DNA of 62,002 nt, counting the filler, from Dugesia japonica (Eukaryota): the NCBI GenBank assembly GCA_001938525.1. It is 5 parts of 5 records of this genome, joined end to end, with 100 filler letters (N's around TTAATTAATTAA, not from the genome) between each part and the next. Parts side by side here need not be neighbours in the genome. Positions count along the whole stretch, not along the records: positions 1 to 10,002 come from MQRL01647284.1; positions 10,103 to 26,157 come from MQRL01624811.1; 3 more parts are not named here. One strand, given 5' to 3'. Shown in pieces: positions 1-13,189 of the stretch. Each line of letters begins with the position of its first letter. The stretch's first letter is position 1. Made by a program: the position numbers and the translations under genes. Below the pieces are notes generated by a model. It was not told where the DNA came from, searched no databases, and saw only the letters and a list, made by a program, of their open reading frames with translations.

Positions 1-2030
1 TTAACTTGGTGAAGATTTCGACGAATTACTTTCATTCCATCATCTAATTCTAAATTATAATTACTGAGAAACTTTCTTATCATCCACGGGCCTTTATATC
101 CTTTTTTTAATTAACCTTCTCTCTTCTGTTTTTACCATTACCAAATTTACAATCTTTAATGTAGATTTCTGATTTTCTGCTTTATTTTCTTTTGGAATCT
201 GTTTTCTCTTTTCTGTAATTCTTTTTCTTTGTTTTTTAAGGTTATTCTAAAAATCCATCTTGTCAATTTCTACATTTGTAGTCAAAATATCTGGTTTCAA
301 ATCGATTTTTTCCCAAATAGAATTTCATAAGACGAGACCTTAATTTTTTGTTATTTGATGATCTCATACTTAGTTTAAAAATAAAGAAATTGCTTTAACT
401 AACGATTGGTTATTTGACTTACAAGATGCATATAATTTGTCTTTGGCTGTTCTAAATAAACGTTCTATAAGCCCATTACTCTGATGATAATATGGTGCTA
501 AAAACGATTGCTTTTTTTGTAATTGATTACACAATTCCTTCATTATTTCAGATTTAAATTGTGTTTAGATATCAGAATGAATTATTTTTGGAATCCCAAA
601 GTACGCTATCTATCTTTCAAAGATCATTTCGGTAACTGTCTTTGCAGAAATATCCTTCAATGGTATTAATGCTATATATCTAGAAAAAACATCGATGATT
701 CCTAAAATCTATGAATGTCCATCGGAATTTGAATAGTTTTTTCCTTAATAAAATAGTTGATCATCACTACCCGCAAATTTTCTTTTCCAGGAATAAATTT
801 TGTCATGTTTAAATCTAAAAATACTAAGAATATTAACACTTTAATAATATTTATTTAATAATATACTAGTAATCAATAAATATTCAAACAAAATAAAATA
901 TATACACAATAAGATTTATTTAATCATATATGATAAAAAATAGATTTTTAAAAATCCGCATTACTTTCCGGTACACCTAATATTATCTTTATTACAGTAT
1001 TTTTCGCATTTGTATCGATATCAGCTAAATGTCTGTTCATAATCGTATCCATTATACATTGGATATGTCTCATCCCGGTATCTTGATATATTCTATTAAT
1101 ATTTCTAATATTATCTTCTGTATCATATACAATCTCAATACAGCCTAATTTCGTATTTCTAAACATTGCAATGTCTTTATTTTTTAAGTTAATTATTCTT
1201 ACTAGGATTTTACCAGTTCATCTAACATAAGTCATACTATTCGCAGCTACAATCTCTATATTCGCTAACTTGTCTTTATAAGATCTTAATAAAACTTCCT
1301 TTAAACAAAAANNNNNNNNNNNNNNNNNNNNNAACACAATTACTTCTTCTTTTTTCAAAGTTACAAAAACTGTATTGCCTAATATAACTCTTACTGTACA
1401 CACTTGAGTCCCGTTCACCCTTCTCGCTCTATTATCTGGACCCTCGGATACAGTGCTCTTTAGTTTTCTGCTAACTCTCCTATTTTAGATATGAAAGGTA
1501 CTTTTATTACAGTCTAATTTTGGTAAAATCGAAATGTTCAATTTTTTCATATCTCTTATTCCTATCATCACTTTTGAGAACAATTTATCTACAATAGTCA
1601 TCCTAATTCTATTAGTTTTATTTTCTATAGTTACATTAATAAAAGAATATCCAATTACCTTAATCGGTGAGTCATTTGCAAATGTTAATGTCTTGTTTGA
1701 GCGAAACAGCTTGACTTTTTCTTTTTCTCTGATCATTTGAAATAGTTTAAAATCCATGATGCTGGACTCTGCTCCAGAATCTATAAAACTTTTCTCTTTT
1801 TCTTGTTTTACTTTGCCTTTGATTATTGGTTTGTTTGTTGCGGGTTAGCTTCTTGTATCTGATATCCTTGTTTTTTGTGCTTTGTGAATTGGAAATTTGT
1901 TTCTTGAACCTCAAATATACTCATCCAACTTAATAATATCGTCTGCGTAATTGATATTTCTTTTAGTTTATTTTTGTTTTTAAGTTTTCCTTTCTTTTGA
2001 AAAATCTTTGAAAAATTCATTATTATCTGT
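1..2030 (-). mobile_element. Ty3/Gypsy pol remnant (protease and integrase)
   Basis: Protease FIDSGAESSIM at ~1790-1755 continuing into ORF 1485-1757; integrase GIIDVFSRY...FGIPKIIHSD...PYYHQSNGLIER at ~720-460. Confidence 0.85.
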
Positions 2031-2828
2031 GGTTTTGCTCAGTCAAGTCAATGTTTTAATCTATTGTCAAATGATGCATTTTTACATGTACAGATATTTT
2101 CTATTTACATGATGCAAATTTATTCTTATGATTTGGTTTCAATTTTTCATTATAATATTATACTTCAAAGAACTATAATATTAGTATCAATATCGATATT
2201 TTCAAGTTTTTTGATGATCGGCATGTAGATCGTAATCGAAAATTTGGTATCACAGAATTATCAAATTCCTTTTGATTGTTACTGGATATATATCTCCAAA
2301 AGGAGTTCAAAATAGTTAAGAATAGTTTTAAAATAAGAGATGAGTTAGATCAAATGATATAAATTATTTATATGTTATATTCATTATAAATTATACATAT
2401 ATACATATACTTATACATCATTATATACATAATATACTGATGGACATTGTTTTGTCAGATAAAGAAAATGTTAAAAATTAATTTNATTTTATTTTATTTA
2501 TCAGAAATAATTAAATTATTTTTATTCTAAATTTATTAATTTGTAACAAACATAGAAATTTTATTTACAATAAAAATTCAATAAAAATCCATTACAAAGA
2601 AAAGAAATTTTCATATAAATCTCGAATGCTAAAATTAAGCTTTTATATTAAATGAATGCTAAATTTAAATAAAATATTTTTCTTGCTTACTTTTTATTGG
2701 CCATTAAAATCTGGAAAATCAATAATTCTAAATGGTCAGTTGCATTCAGTTATAAAAAAAATTAGATTTCCACTGTCAATCGATACATTTTTTTATTTTA
2801 TTGCGGAAATATTTCACAATTTCTTTAG

Positions 2829-2998
2829 CATTATCGAAATCATAATGAATCAAAATCGTCGTAAATCTTCTACAGATCTACTTACCATGCCTAAACTCAT
2901 ATTGTCACGTCGATCACAATCTCCTTCTAAAATGCTTCATATTACTGAGCTATGGACGACTCTCTCCAAAGGTGTTTTAGATTATAATTCCATTGAAG
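2829..2998 (+). CDS. Possible isolated exon of unknown gene (MNQNRRKSSTDLLTMPKLILSRRSQSPSKMLH...)
   Basis: GC-richer open stretch between a tttag acceptor and a gtatat donor; no recognisable domain. Confidence 0.3.
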
Positions 2999-4099
2999 GT
3001 ATATTTGTGAATAAATNTTATGTCATATTTTACTTAATAAATTTTAACATTTGTGAAATAAAGATTACAAATTTAAAGGCTAATTTTTAATTAATTGCTT
3101 ATTTAAATTAACTAAAATTTAATCTAAATAATTCTCAAGAAACATAAATAATATTTAGGAATTAAAATAGTAGCATATTTTTAGAAATAATAATGTATGT
3201 AATAATAGAAATTTAAAAAAAAATTTATCAAAATATCTTTGAAAATTTCAAATAAACTGTTTTTAAGCAAAAATTGTGGTAAATTTAAAACAAATAACAA
3301 GTTCTATTATATGATAAAACTAGAAATACTAAGTTCTCCAGAAATCTAAATATTTGTGATTCATTTAAGGACCAAATATTGGTACATTCTTTTCATTTTC
3401 AAAACATTTTCACTTTTAGATTTTAAAATAAAACGCATATGTCGTTTGAAACAAAAAAATGAAAATTTTCATTTAATTTGCTTCATTTCAAGAGTTTTAA
3501 TTATCACAGTTTCGCATAATCTCAAAAATGAAATTCTCTTAAAATTCATTCCATGAATAGAAATAACCTGAAATGTGATTTATTGCATATGATTAAGTTA
3601 AACAAATATTAAAAAAATGCCAATTTGCTTCAATTTCAGATCTCATTGAGACTTAAAACGGCACAATAATTATTGTTTAAGTAATTCTTGAAATCAAACT
3701 TAAAGAATATCCGATAATCTTGCTTTAATTTTTCAGTTATTTCTTTGCTAAGGAATTAAATTTTTCTTTAATTAAATATTCTTTTAGCAGAATTTTTTTT
3801 TCATTTTTATCATAAATTTCATTGTTTGAAGTATCTATTTTTATTAGGTTTTAAAATCGCTATTTTTAGCAATGTTTTGTTACATTTTCTTTCGAAATTT
3901 ATAGTCCTGATTAGATTGCTTCTGTGTTGAGAAATGAAAGCAGAAAATAACAATAACTTAAAGTGAAATTCTATCAGAACCTAAAGTTTTGAGCTACTTA
4001 ATTTAAAAAACTATGAAATAATTAATTATATTAATAATTATATTTATTATCAAAAAACTGAAAACTTCTTTAAAAAATTTCTAAGTTTTCAACATTTCT

Positions 4100-4560
4100 T
4101 TCTATTTACTTCTTATTCTCGTTTCATTGAGTATGTCTGTCTTGAATTTTGTCAATCACTCTGTGGTCTCTCATATCTATTTTTACCTTTGTGGTCTTCT
4201 CCCACTTTGAATTTCTGTATTACTTTTTCTTCCGGTTTCTCTATTATCTGCATTCTTTCAGCCCTATATCACCTTTCCCTTCTAATCATTCTTTTTGCAT
4301 AAACTACATATGCAGGACTTTTACCTGCTGTTTAATTGCATTTAACGTGATTTTGATCTATGGAAGTATCTCAACCAAATTTCTCTTCTTTCTGTTTTAG
4401 AAAATAGTAGTTATTACTTCTCTAACTGTATAAACTTGCCTTTCTATTTGAGCAATTTTTTATTGATGAAATGAACTTTCAAAAAATAACTTAATTATTT
4501 TAGTTTCTTTGTGAGCTCTCTCATTGCATCGAAAATTTAAGATTTATTCATCGAAAAATT
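4100..4560 (-). mobile_element. Gypsy integrase C-terminal remnant
   Basis: Degraded NKTAGKSPAYVVY and QKFKVGE...KNRYE motifs. Confidence 0.5.
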
Positions 4561-5379
4561 AAAATTAAAGGAAATAATTAATCAAATTATGTAAACAAAA
4601 GGCTAGACAAAAATATAAATTCACCTAAAACATAAATTACAAATATAGCTTAATATTTGCACATAGAAATAATGACAAAATTGTACATTGAATCAAATTC
4701 AATCAACCATGTTACGCGAAACATCTATTAAAACATCAAATTTACTACATCAACCTTGTAAATACATTTATGTTTCTGAAACTAACTCTCGGTACTTAGA
4801 TTTCTGAAAGCCATGCGCTTAAATTACACATTTGGATTTAATTAATCTGAAAGCGGTATATTTTAAGATGTCGGTGTATACGATGGNNNNNNNNNNNNNN
4901 NNATGTTAACTTATTAATATTAATTAAGCTGATTATCAAAATTTGTCACCAATGTAAAACTAAATTTATCTAAAATTTCATCTGCCTTTATAACAGTTTT
5001 AATCACTTTTTTACTCTCAAAGGTTTTTGATTGGTTAATTTCTTCAATTTATGCCACCGAATAATTGTTAAAAATTATTTTTGAAATTATTTATTTATTT
5101 TTCAGTTAATAATTTATTTTCAATATCAAAATACTGTTAAACTTAAAATTCTTTAAACAAATTTGAATCAATCAGATTTCCGTATTTACATGTTGATATT
5201 TTTGTTAAATATTTTATTTTTAAAAAGACAATTAATTGTTGTAAAGTTTTCTGAATTGGCCAATCAATAATTTGACTTATTTTGCATTTTGAATGACACA
5301 CATAATGTATTCTTACTGCAATTTTTCCTTCCATAGCATTTTATTTGAATTTTGTGCTTAAATTCGCAAGAGTTTCAAG

Positions 5380-7030
5380 AAAAAAAGATTAGCAAGGGAA
5401 GAAGCAAGACAAACCCGAAATCTTCAATGTTATATGTCGAACGTATTGCTCAAACCAATTGCCTTTCAGCCATATGTCGAATGTGATAAAATTGATATAT
5501 GCTCATATCATTTTTGAGAGATGGGCTGCTACTCAAGAAATCAAAGATCACGAATAGAGTTTTTTCATACAACCCTTCCTTGTGTTAAAAGCTAGAGAAG
5601 CCTTTTTAAAATTACCATTGGATGACTCAGAAAATTACGATATTATAAAAAATGCGATTTTAAATAGATTCAAACTGAATCCAGTACAATACCGAAAAAC
5701 ATTTCGATCATCACGAAAGCTCGAGTCTGAAAATCATGTAGAAAAGCTACACAGATTAATAATCAATCTTGAAATGCCAAAAATATTGAAGCAATTAAAG
5801 AAATTATATTGGAAGAACAATTTCAAAAAAATATTGTTCCTATTTTAAGAAGCAAAATCGAAGAAATAGAACATCAGAATATTTAAGAAATGGTAAAAGC
5901 CGCGGATAGATTTGATGCAGCCAATGACTTTAAAAAATATTCAAATAAGACAATCAATTCAAATCTACAAAGATCAAATTTTAAAGAACCAATTAAACGT
6001 TATACGTATGGAGTTCAGGAACATGTGGCAAAGTATTGCACTAAATCAGTAGTCAATGTGGCTATTTTTCACACTACCAAAGTTCAAGATAAATACATAT
6101 TCAATGGTAAGATTCATAATTATACTGTTAAAATGTTTCGAGATACAGGTGCATCAACAACTGGGATTAATTCTTGATATTTTCGAAATTTGGATTAAAC
6201 TAGTGAAACTGTGAATATTTTTTTGGCAAATGGGAAAATTGATGAAGCGCATATTGCAAATGTTGAACTAGAAATACTATTACTTTTTAGAAGATATTAT
6301 TCACATATCTATTCACATACGAACCAAGAGTATATTGAAACTTTGGAAAATGTACCAAAAGCATTATTTGAAACCGGTATTACAGTTAATATTATAAATA
6401 TTAAGCTAATGATATTTAAAACCGAGTTTCTAGGTAAGATGGCCGGGAATAGAGACGTTTCCCCAATGACAGACAAAGTTGAAATAATACAAGACCTCCC
6501 ACGCCATAAATCAAAGAAAGATGTTCGCCAGTTATTGGGAATGCAGAATTATTATAGAGCTTATATCATTAATTTAGCTTTGATTGCTTTGCAATCAACA
6601 GACCTCTTAAACAAGAAGATGTGTGACAAATTAAAGTGGAATGTGAAGAAAGCTTCAAAAAATCGAAAGAGATGTAGACGACAGCATATATATTGAGAAC
6701 GGCAGACCATATTAAAATATTTTATTTTCAGACAAAAATTCGATCATTATCGATTGCTTTTCGATCAAAGAAGTTAACTGAGTCACAATAGAGATGGTCA
6801 ATGATAGAAAAGGAACAATACGCAATCGTTTATGCGATTTCATTACTACTTATATGGTCGCCAATTTTATCTTGCAATCCGATCACAAAACCTTGTCATG
6901 ACTGCGTACGAATAAAATCAAGATAAACAAAATTGCTAGATGCAACCTACTTTTACAAGAATAACCGTTTCAAGTTCACTAGAAAAAGGGAATATATAAT
7001 CAAAACAGTGATTTTCTGAGCCGTATGTGA
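5380..7030 (+). mobile_element. Ty3/Gypsy gag-pol remnant, heavily deleted
   Basis: Gag KAREAFLKLPLDDSENYDIIKNAILNRF, degenerate knuckle, protease FRDTGAST, RT thumb KKDVRQLLGMQNYYRAY, RNase H WSMIEKE / SDHK. Confidence 0.85.
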
Positions 7031-10002
7031 GAAGATACCGAGAAGGAAGAGGACAAACGGTACAATTAATTCAAATTTGTGTAAATTTATTGTACTTGTA
7101 GTAAAATAAATTTTTAAATTTGGATTTCCAATCAGATTTAGTTGTTAATTGTCACAAAGTAATTTTGAAAAATCAATATAATATTTTAATGAAATAGATA
7201 ACGAGAACTAGAATGATTTATATATTATAATTTGTTTTTGATATAAAAATTCTGTAAAACTTGAAATGTAATCTAAGTGTAACTAATATTGAAATGGTAT
7301 CAAATAGAAAGAATTTTTAAATATTTATTTTCAGTTATAATTGATTACATTTTTCAGAAACCAACTCTACCTAAATGAAAATAAAGCAAAGCAGCATGTA
7401 TCGTAGTATCCATATATTTAACTAGAAAACGTTAAATAAAATTTCATTTTGGAATTAATTAATAAATATCAAATATAATCTGAAAATTAAATGAATCATT
7501 TTAAATCAAAATTAAGACACTAAACTAAATTTTATAAATAACAAAGAAAATTACCGTATTTATATTTATATAGTAAATATAATATAAATAATTGTAAAAA
7601 TATTTCCTTAGATTTACGAAATTGGTCAAAATTTAAAAACAGATTGAAGGAATTAATGCTGAAATACTTTGTAACTTATATTTTGAAAAATTATACCAAA
7701 TTTAATGACATTTAAATGTTACTAAGTTATAATTTAGTAAATAAAATTAGAACTGAAAATAAAATTTTAAATATAAACCACTTACATTCAGAAACTAATT
7801 AATTTGTGCAATAATTGTGATTTAATTCGATTTTGGAATTTCATTATCTGTTATTTAAAATTTACGAATCAAATGATAAATAGTCTTGATCATAATTTTT
7901 AAGAGCTCTATGATTATCCAATATCTAAATATTGCTAATATTATTGAATGTTTTTAAACTCTTGGATGTTTAGTGTTTTAATAAATATCATTCTTAATCG
8001 TTATGAATATGAATAACAACTACGAATGAATAAAATCTTGTTTTAAAATAAAGTTCAAATTATTTTTTATACGTATTTTTTGAAAATTGATCTCATATTG
8101 GGATTTATTAAGATATTTTATTTAAATTTGAAAAATATTAATTTTATTAAATCTCAAATGTCTGAAATGTTTATTTAAATTTGAAACTTATGAAATTCTT
8201 CACATTCCAAAATTTTAAATGTTGAAAAGTATTTAGATTAAAAATAAAAATGAAATTAGTCACTGTATCAATAAAATACGAATAAATGCTTCCTAAATTA
8301 ATAAATACTGCTCAAAATAAATAATAAATTATCCGTTGAATATTAAAAAACATTGGATGGCCGATGAAATAGTTAATTTTTTTATAACAATACTGTTCAT
8401 TAAATAAATTAATAAAATTGATTTTTTTTCCACAATTATGGTTTTGTGAAAACAATAGAAAATTTCTAAAAGGAACATCAATAATAAAATTGTAAGTGTT
8501 AACAATCAATACAATATAATATAATATTATATAGAATAATATTTTACAGCCACATCAATCAATCGCTTTGCTAATTAAATTTTATATTCACTAATGCATA
8601 AAGGAATTTTAATGACTAAGCATTGTTATTATTTTTAGTATTAAAATAATTTTTTTTATTATGAAAACATAATTTTATACTAAAGTTAAAAACCAGTGTT
8701 AATAATATTACTTCCAATTATGTCTTTCTGTAAATTAGCTTGATTGTGAATGAAAATGAACTCACTGGAAAAAAATTAATGGTCTAGTATACATGAAAAA
8801 TTATGGATCAATAAATTCTTAAATATTATGACTTAACCCTCTTCCAATATACGTACTCAGTATTATGGTTTTAATAAAATAATGGATTAATTTATCAGGA
8901 AGTTCAAAATTTATTCTTATTAGTAATACTTACTAAATTATATAAAATATCATTTTAATTTACTGAGAAGTTTAATAAATCGTGGTATTAAGATAATTAA
9001 AAAAAATTTTTATAAAAGTAATTAACATCTAATAAATGATTCATTTAATCACAAATATTTAGGAAGTTAATAAAACTGATTTTTTTTAAGATGATATTGA
9101 CATTGATATGACTGATTCACGTATCTATGCAGTTAACACGGTTAGGAATGACAAACACAATCTCTCCTCAACTAACGTGAGTTATGATATTTTTCTCTTT
9201 AAATATTTTCTGTTTTTGACATTGAATTCCTTGCATAATATTTTGAATTCAATGAAAATTTATAAATTTAGAAGTTTTCGTTAATATTTATTCAATATTT
9301 TTTTAAAAAATGTTTTCATTCTTGCTTGACAAGTTTTTTTGTTTTTATCCTCATAGGGAATTTTCTACTAAATGATATTAAAATGACTTTTCATGCTTTG
9401 ATGTTATAACTTGTATTAGTTAAATTCAAAAACTCACAAGTCTCCATAATGAATATTAATGAATAATTTTAATTCATAATTAATTAAATAAATATTAATT
9501 TTGGGACGAATAAAATATTAGTCGTTAATAAAATATTCAAAAAATGCAGGTAAGCCAGAAAAAAAAATTCTTTAATAATAATTTTAAATTCTATTATAAT
9601 AAAAAGTAAATCGAATGAACAATAAATCAAATTCTTGTTTAATTAAAACCGATGAATTAACCAAATAAAGTATTAAATAATAAAACTACTCGTTTAATTA
9701 GAAAAGAAGTAATTTTATATCTTATAAAACAGTGAAGCTCTCAAAAGTGACAACCTCCACATTTGACCACCTCTATAAAATTGACCACTTCTAAAAGTAT
9801 AATGAAATTCTTAAAGTTTAGCCTCAAAATTCTTGAAAATAATTTATGAAAAGTGACCACTGCTAAAAAATAATTTCTGTTAAATAAAAAAATTTATATT
9901 GAAATAGAAAATAATAGGAAATTTATTTTGTTTAAATAAATTAAAGTTAGTGGAAATTGTATAAAGTGAATTATAGGAAAATTGAATGAAACACAGAAAA
10001 AA

Positions 10003-10102
10003 NNNNNNNNNNNNNNNNNNNNNNNNNNNNNNNNNNNNNNNNNNNNTTAATTAATTAANNNNNNNNNNNNNNNNNNNNNNNNNNNNNNNNNNNNNNNNNN
10101 NN
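10003..10102. other. Artificial scaffold linker (44 N + TTAATTAATTAA + 44 N); also at 26158-26257, 39209-39308 and 48231-48330
   Basis: The same 100-bp construct with six-frame stops occurs four times. Confidence 0.95.
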
Positions 10103-10171
<69 letters not shown>

Positions 10172-10671
10172 CTGAATTAAAGTACAATATTTATACATTT
10201 AATTCAATAAACCGTAATTTGATATATAGATCATCTTTTCTTTAACATTTTTTAAAAGAAATATCTAAAAGCAAATCATAACAGTTGTAATTAATACATA
10301 AATAATATTTTTCGAGAAATAATTATAATTAAGCAATTAATAAATTCATTCATCAGATACAAGGTCTTGCTGTAGCAAAACAGTATTAGACATTAATCTC
10401 TCTTTACAAATATCAACCAATACCTTAGAGTAAACTCAGTAATGGATATCGAATTTCAGCCATCAATTAGCCTTTATCATGTTCAAAATTAATATCAATT
10501 CTCCAAATAATACTTTTCAAAAATTTTTCTTTTTAAATTTAATTTAACAGTTGGGAGAAATTTATATTTTTTTTGAAAATGTAAACGATGAAAAAATATT
10601 TGATTAATTATTTCAAGACAAAATTAATATTTCGATTATTTTTAAATAATTTCATTTATTATAATTATTAG

Positions 10672-10672
<1 letters not shown>

Positions 10673-10730
<58 letters not shown>
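10673..10730. repeat. (TTA)n/(AAT)n microsatellites; also ~10103, 23464, 27205, 49971, 53860, 56326, 59477
   Basis: Pure trinucleotide tracts that produce the spurious poly-L/I/N/Y ORFs. Confidence 0.95.
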
Positions 10731-10734
<4 letters not shown>

Positions 10735-12264
10735 TGTTGAGTTTTAGGATTTTTATATTTTAAATTTTCCTCTAATCTCTCCGATCTCGCTTGCATTTTT
10801 AATACTTCATCATCATGTATAGGGGCATACCTAAAAACCACAAGCATTTGTGTCACCTCTGTGACATGCCCCTCTTTTTCATAGGTTCAGCGCTACTTTG
10901 TTGTATCGCGTCTTACTTTCTAAATTTATGAACCCTGACAGCAATATCTCTCACATACTCAGTATTTCTTTTAACCATATAACTCAATGAATATATCTGG
11001 TCATAGTTAACCGTTATCAAACTCTACAAGAATCACGACAACATTAAAATTTATTTATTTTATCTACATTGACGTTTATTTTTACGCATCTAAATTCACG
11101 GACATACCACTCTCTTCAACCTCGGATGGTGCATATCTATAATTCATCCACAATGTTCGGAGCGTGGCAAACATGACGGATTCACAATCAGCGTAAATCT
11201 TAATAACGTCCACCATGAGTCAATTTGCCTGTTGTAACGATAACTCATTCTCCTTTAGTTGAGCAAACTTAGATGCCGACTTTGTCACTTTACTCTTCCA
11301 CCGTAGGATTTCACTCTGCAGTTCTCTACGCTTCTCGCCCCATCTTTTCTATGCTTGTGTCAGCTCTTTCTTATAAGTTTGATCATCACTGGATTTGTTC
11401 ACTAAACGACAAAACACATTAACATTAAATTAAATTATCTCAAAAACATTTTTCTCCATTAATAATTCGAAACTTTAATACTCAACGTAATTATCATAAC
11501 TAATATTGAAAAGAAGTTGAAATGACAGGATTGCCTCTTCAATTTATAATGAAACGAACAATCCAAAATTGTGACATAAAAGTTGAAACAATTAACGGGT
11601 TTAAAGAAAATGAAATTTACCTTTAAGTTTATAGCTGGGTTTCCACTTCACAATCTGGTAAAATAGTTTTTAACGTTGTTAATTCGATATATAATCTCAA
11701 AAATAATATTTGAAAACTGTTAATCGTAAATTATCTGTAAACAAAAATTTTTCCTTTAAGTAAAAATCTTTTATAAACGTGAAAATCTTTTCAAAAGTAT
11801 AAATCTTTTCAAAGTAAAAAAAGCACCAACTGACTGATTTTAAAAATTTACTTTATTTTATTAGAATTCTCTTCCTCCAGATTGTTAGCTGGCCAATCAT
11901 TATTTGCCATTCCTAATTCCACCGCTTTATTTGCTTGACTCCTTACCACTGTTGGGTTCATTCATTTTCTCCTTTTGATTTTTCAATTATTTTAGTGCAC
12001 ACCAACTTGCTAAATTTTGTTGTCGTAAGTCACCTCGTGTGACCTGTGAANAANTGAATAGTTGATGAGAAAAGTTCTTGTCTGAATCACGGTTGAATCA
12101 GCCGTTTTTGTTGTTTATTTGCGATTTTTATCGCCTGATTCAGACAAAGCAAGATGACTGTATCAGATTTAATTAACTTATAATAATCATATTGAACGTT
12201 AGACAGTTTCCTCCAAATGTCAAATATTGAAGTCACTCTCTTCTTTTTCCTTTTTCCAAAACTG

Positions 12265-12531
12265 ATTCTCCTCGGTGAGACTCGCATTTTTTGTTTGAAG
12301 ATACTTGATACTTTTCTAGGTTCTGAATATCACTCTGATTCTGTCCCCGTTCGAATCTCTTAGACTGTATTTCTTGAACTAGTCCATTGTTATCTCTTTG
12401 TAAAGTATTCAATTTCTCTTGTTTCGTTTGTTGATTGGTAATCATGGCTTCATTGTTAACTTTGATTGTTTTTTCTAACATTTTTATCTTTTTATTCTTC
12501 TATTTTATTTGCCTTTCTAATTCATGAATTC
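12265..12531. repeat. Direct repeat copy 1 (~267 bp, coiled-coil coding)
   Basis: Highly similar to 20553-20820; both encode LEKTIKVNNEAMITNQQTKQEKLNTLQR on the minus strand. Confidence 0.95.
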
Positions 12532-13039
12532 ACTCCTGAAATCTTTTCTGGTTGACAGACAATTCACTATACTGTATTGCAATTATCTCCTCTCTATTTT
12601 CACATGATACTGTCTAGTGATTTTATGTTTCTATTCACCTTTTCAACGCAATCATCGTTTTTCTGATCAATGTTTTTCCTTAATTTGTGCTCTAATTTGA
12701 CTAATTTGGGGTTTTCTCTGATCCTACAGGGTCTCGTTGATCAGTTATTGTTACATGACTGTTTATTGAAGGTTGGGTGGTTATTTTTACAATATCGTTT
12801 AATTGCTCCTCCCTAACGAGTCATACTGCTTAGATTTTGAGATGCCATTTTCTTTATTAAAATACACGTAAATCATATTATTGAATATTTACACAACAAG
12901 ACATTGAGGGCAACTGATTTTAAAACTTACTGATTAACCAAATTTTAATTGAGACTGGTATTTACAAATGGTTTAGTAGTATCTCCTTTGTTACGTTTAC
13001 TGTACTGTATGTTTATTTACAATTTACTGGGTATCCCAC

Positions 13040-13189
13040 TTATAGATACACTACATTCCACTCTTCAATTGACCATTTACATAGTACGCATTATTTGAAC
13101 TTGTTTCTCTGATGGCATTTTTGACAAACTGCTAAATGTCCAAAAGGTAAATTTAATACTGAAACTGCTTCTACTTTGCANTCTCCACA
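13040..13189 (-). pseudogene. C-terminal IAP/XIAP-type RING finger of the giant element
   Basis: CGxCKVEAVSVLNLPFGHLAVCQKCHQRNKFK*CVLCKWSIEEWNVVYL-stop fits the IAP RING pattern C..C...LPCGH...C..C...C..C...I...VY (one Cys is Phe, one internal stop). Confidence 0.75.

Noticed and set aside
9730-9870. CAGTGAAGCTCTC...TGACCAC repeats
   Set aside because: Looks like a single pogo-type end, but no partner TIR or transposase is visible before the gap.
10047-10058. TTAATTAATTAA palindrome recurring four times inside N runs
   Set aside because: Artificial six-frame-stop scaffold linker. It also means adjacency across these gaps is not guaranteed.
10340-10530. NACHT-like peptide (VFATARP) on the minus strand
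   Set aside because: Short, interrupted by stops, and no Walker A motif nearby.
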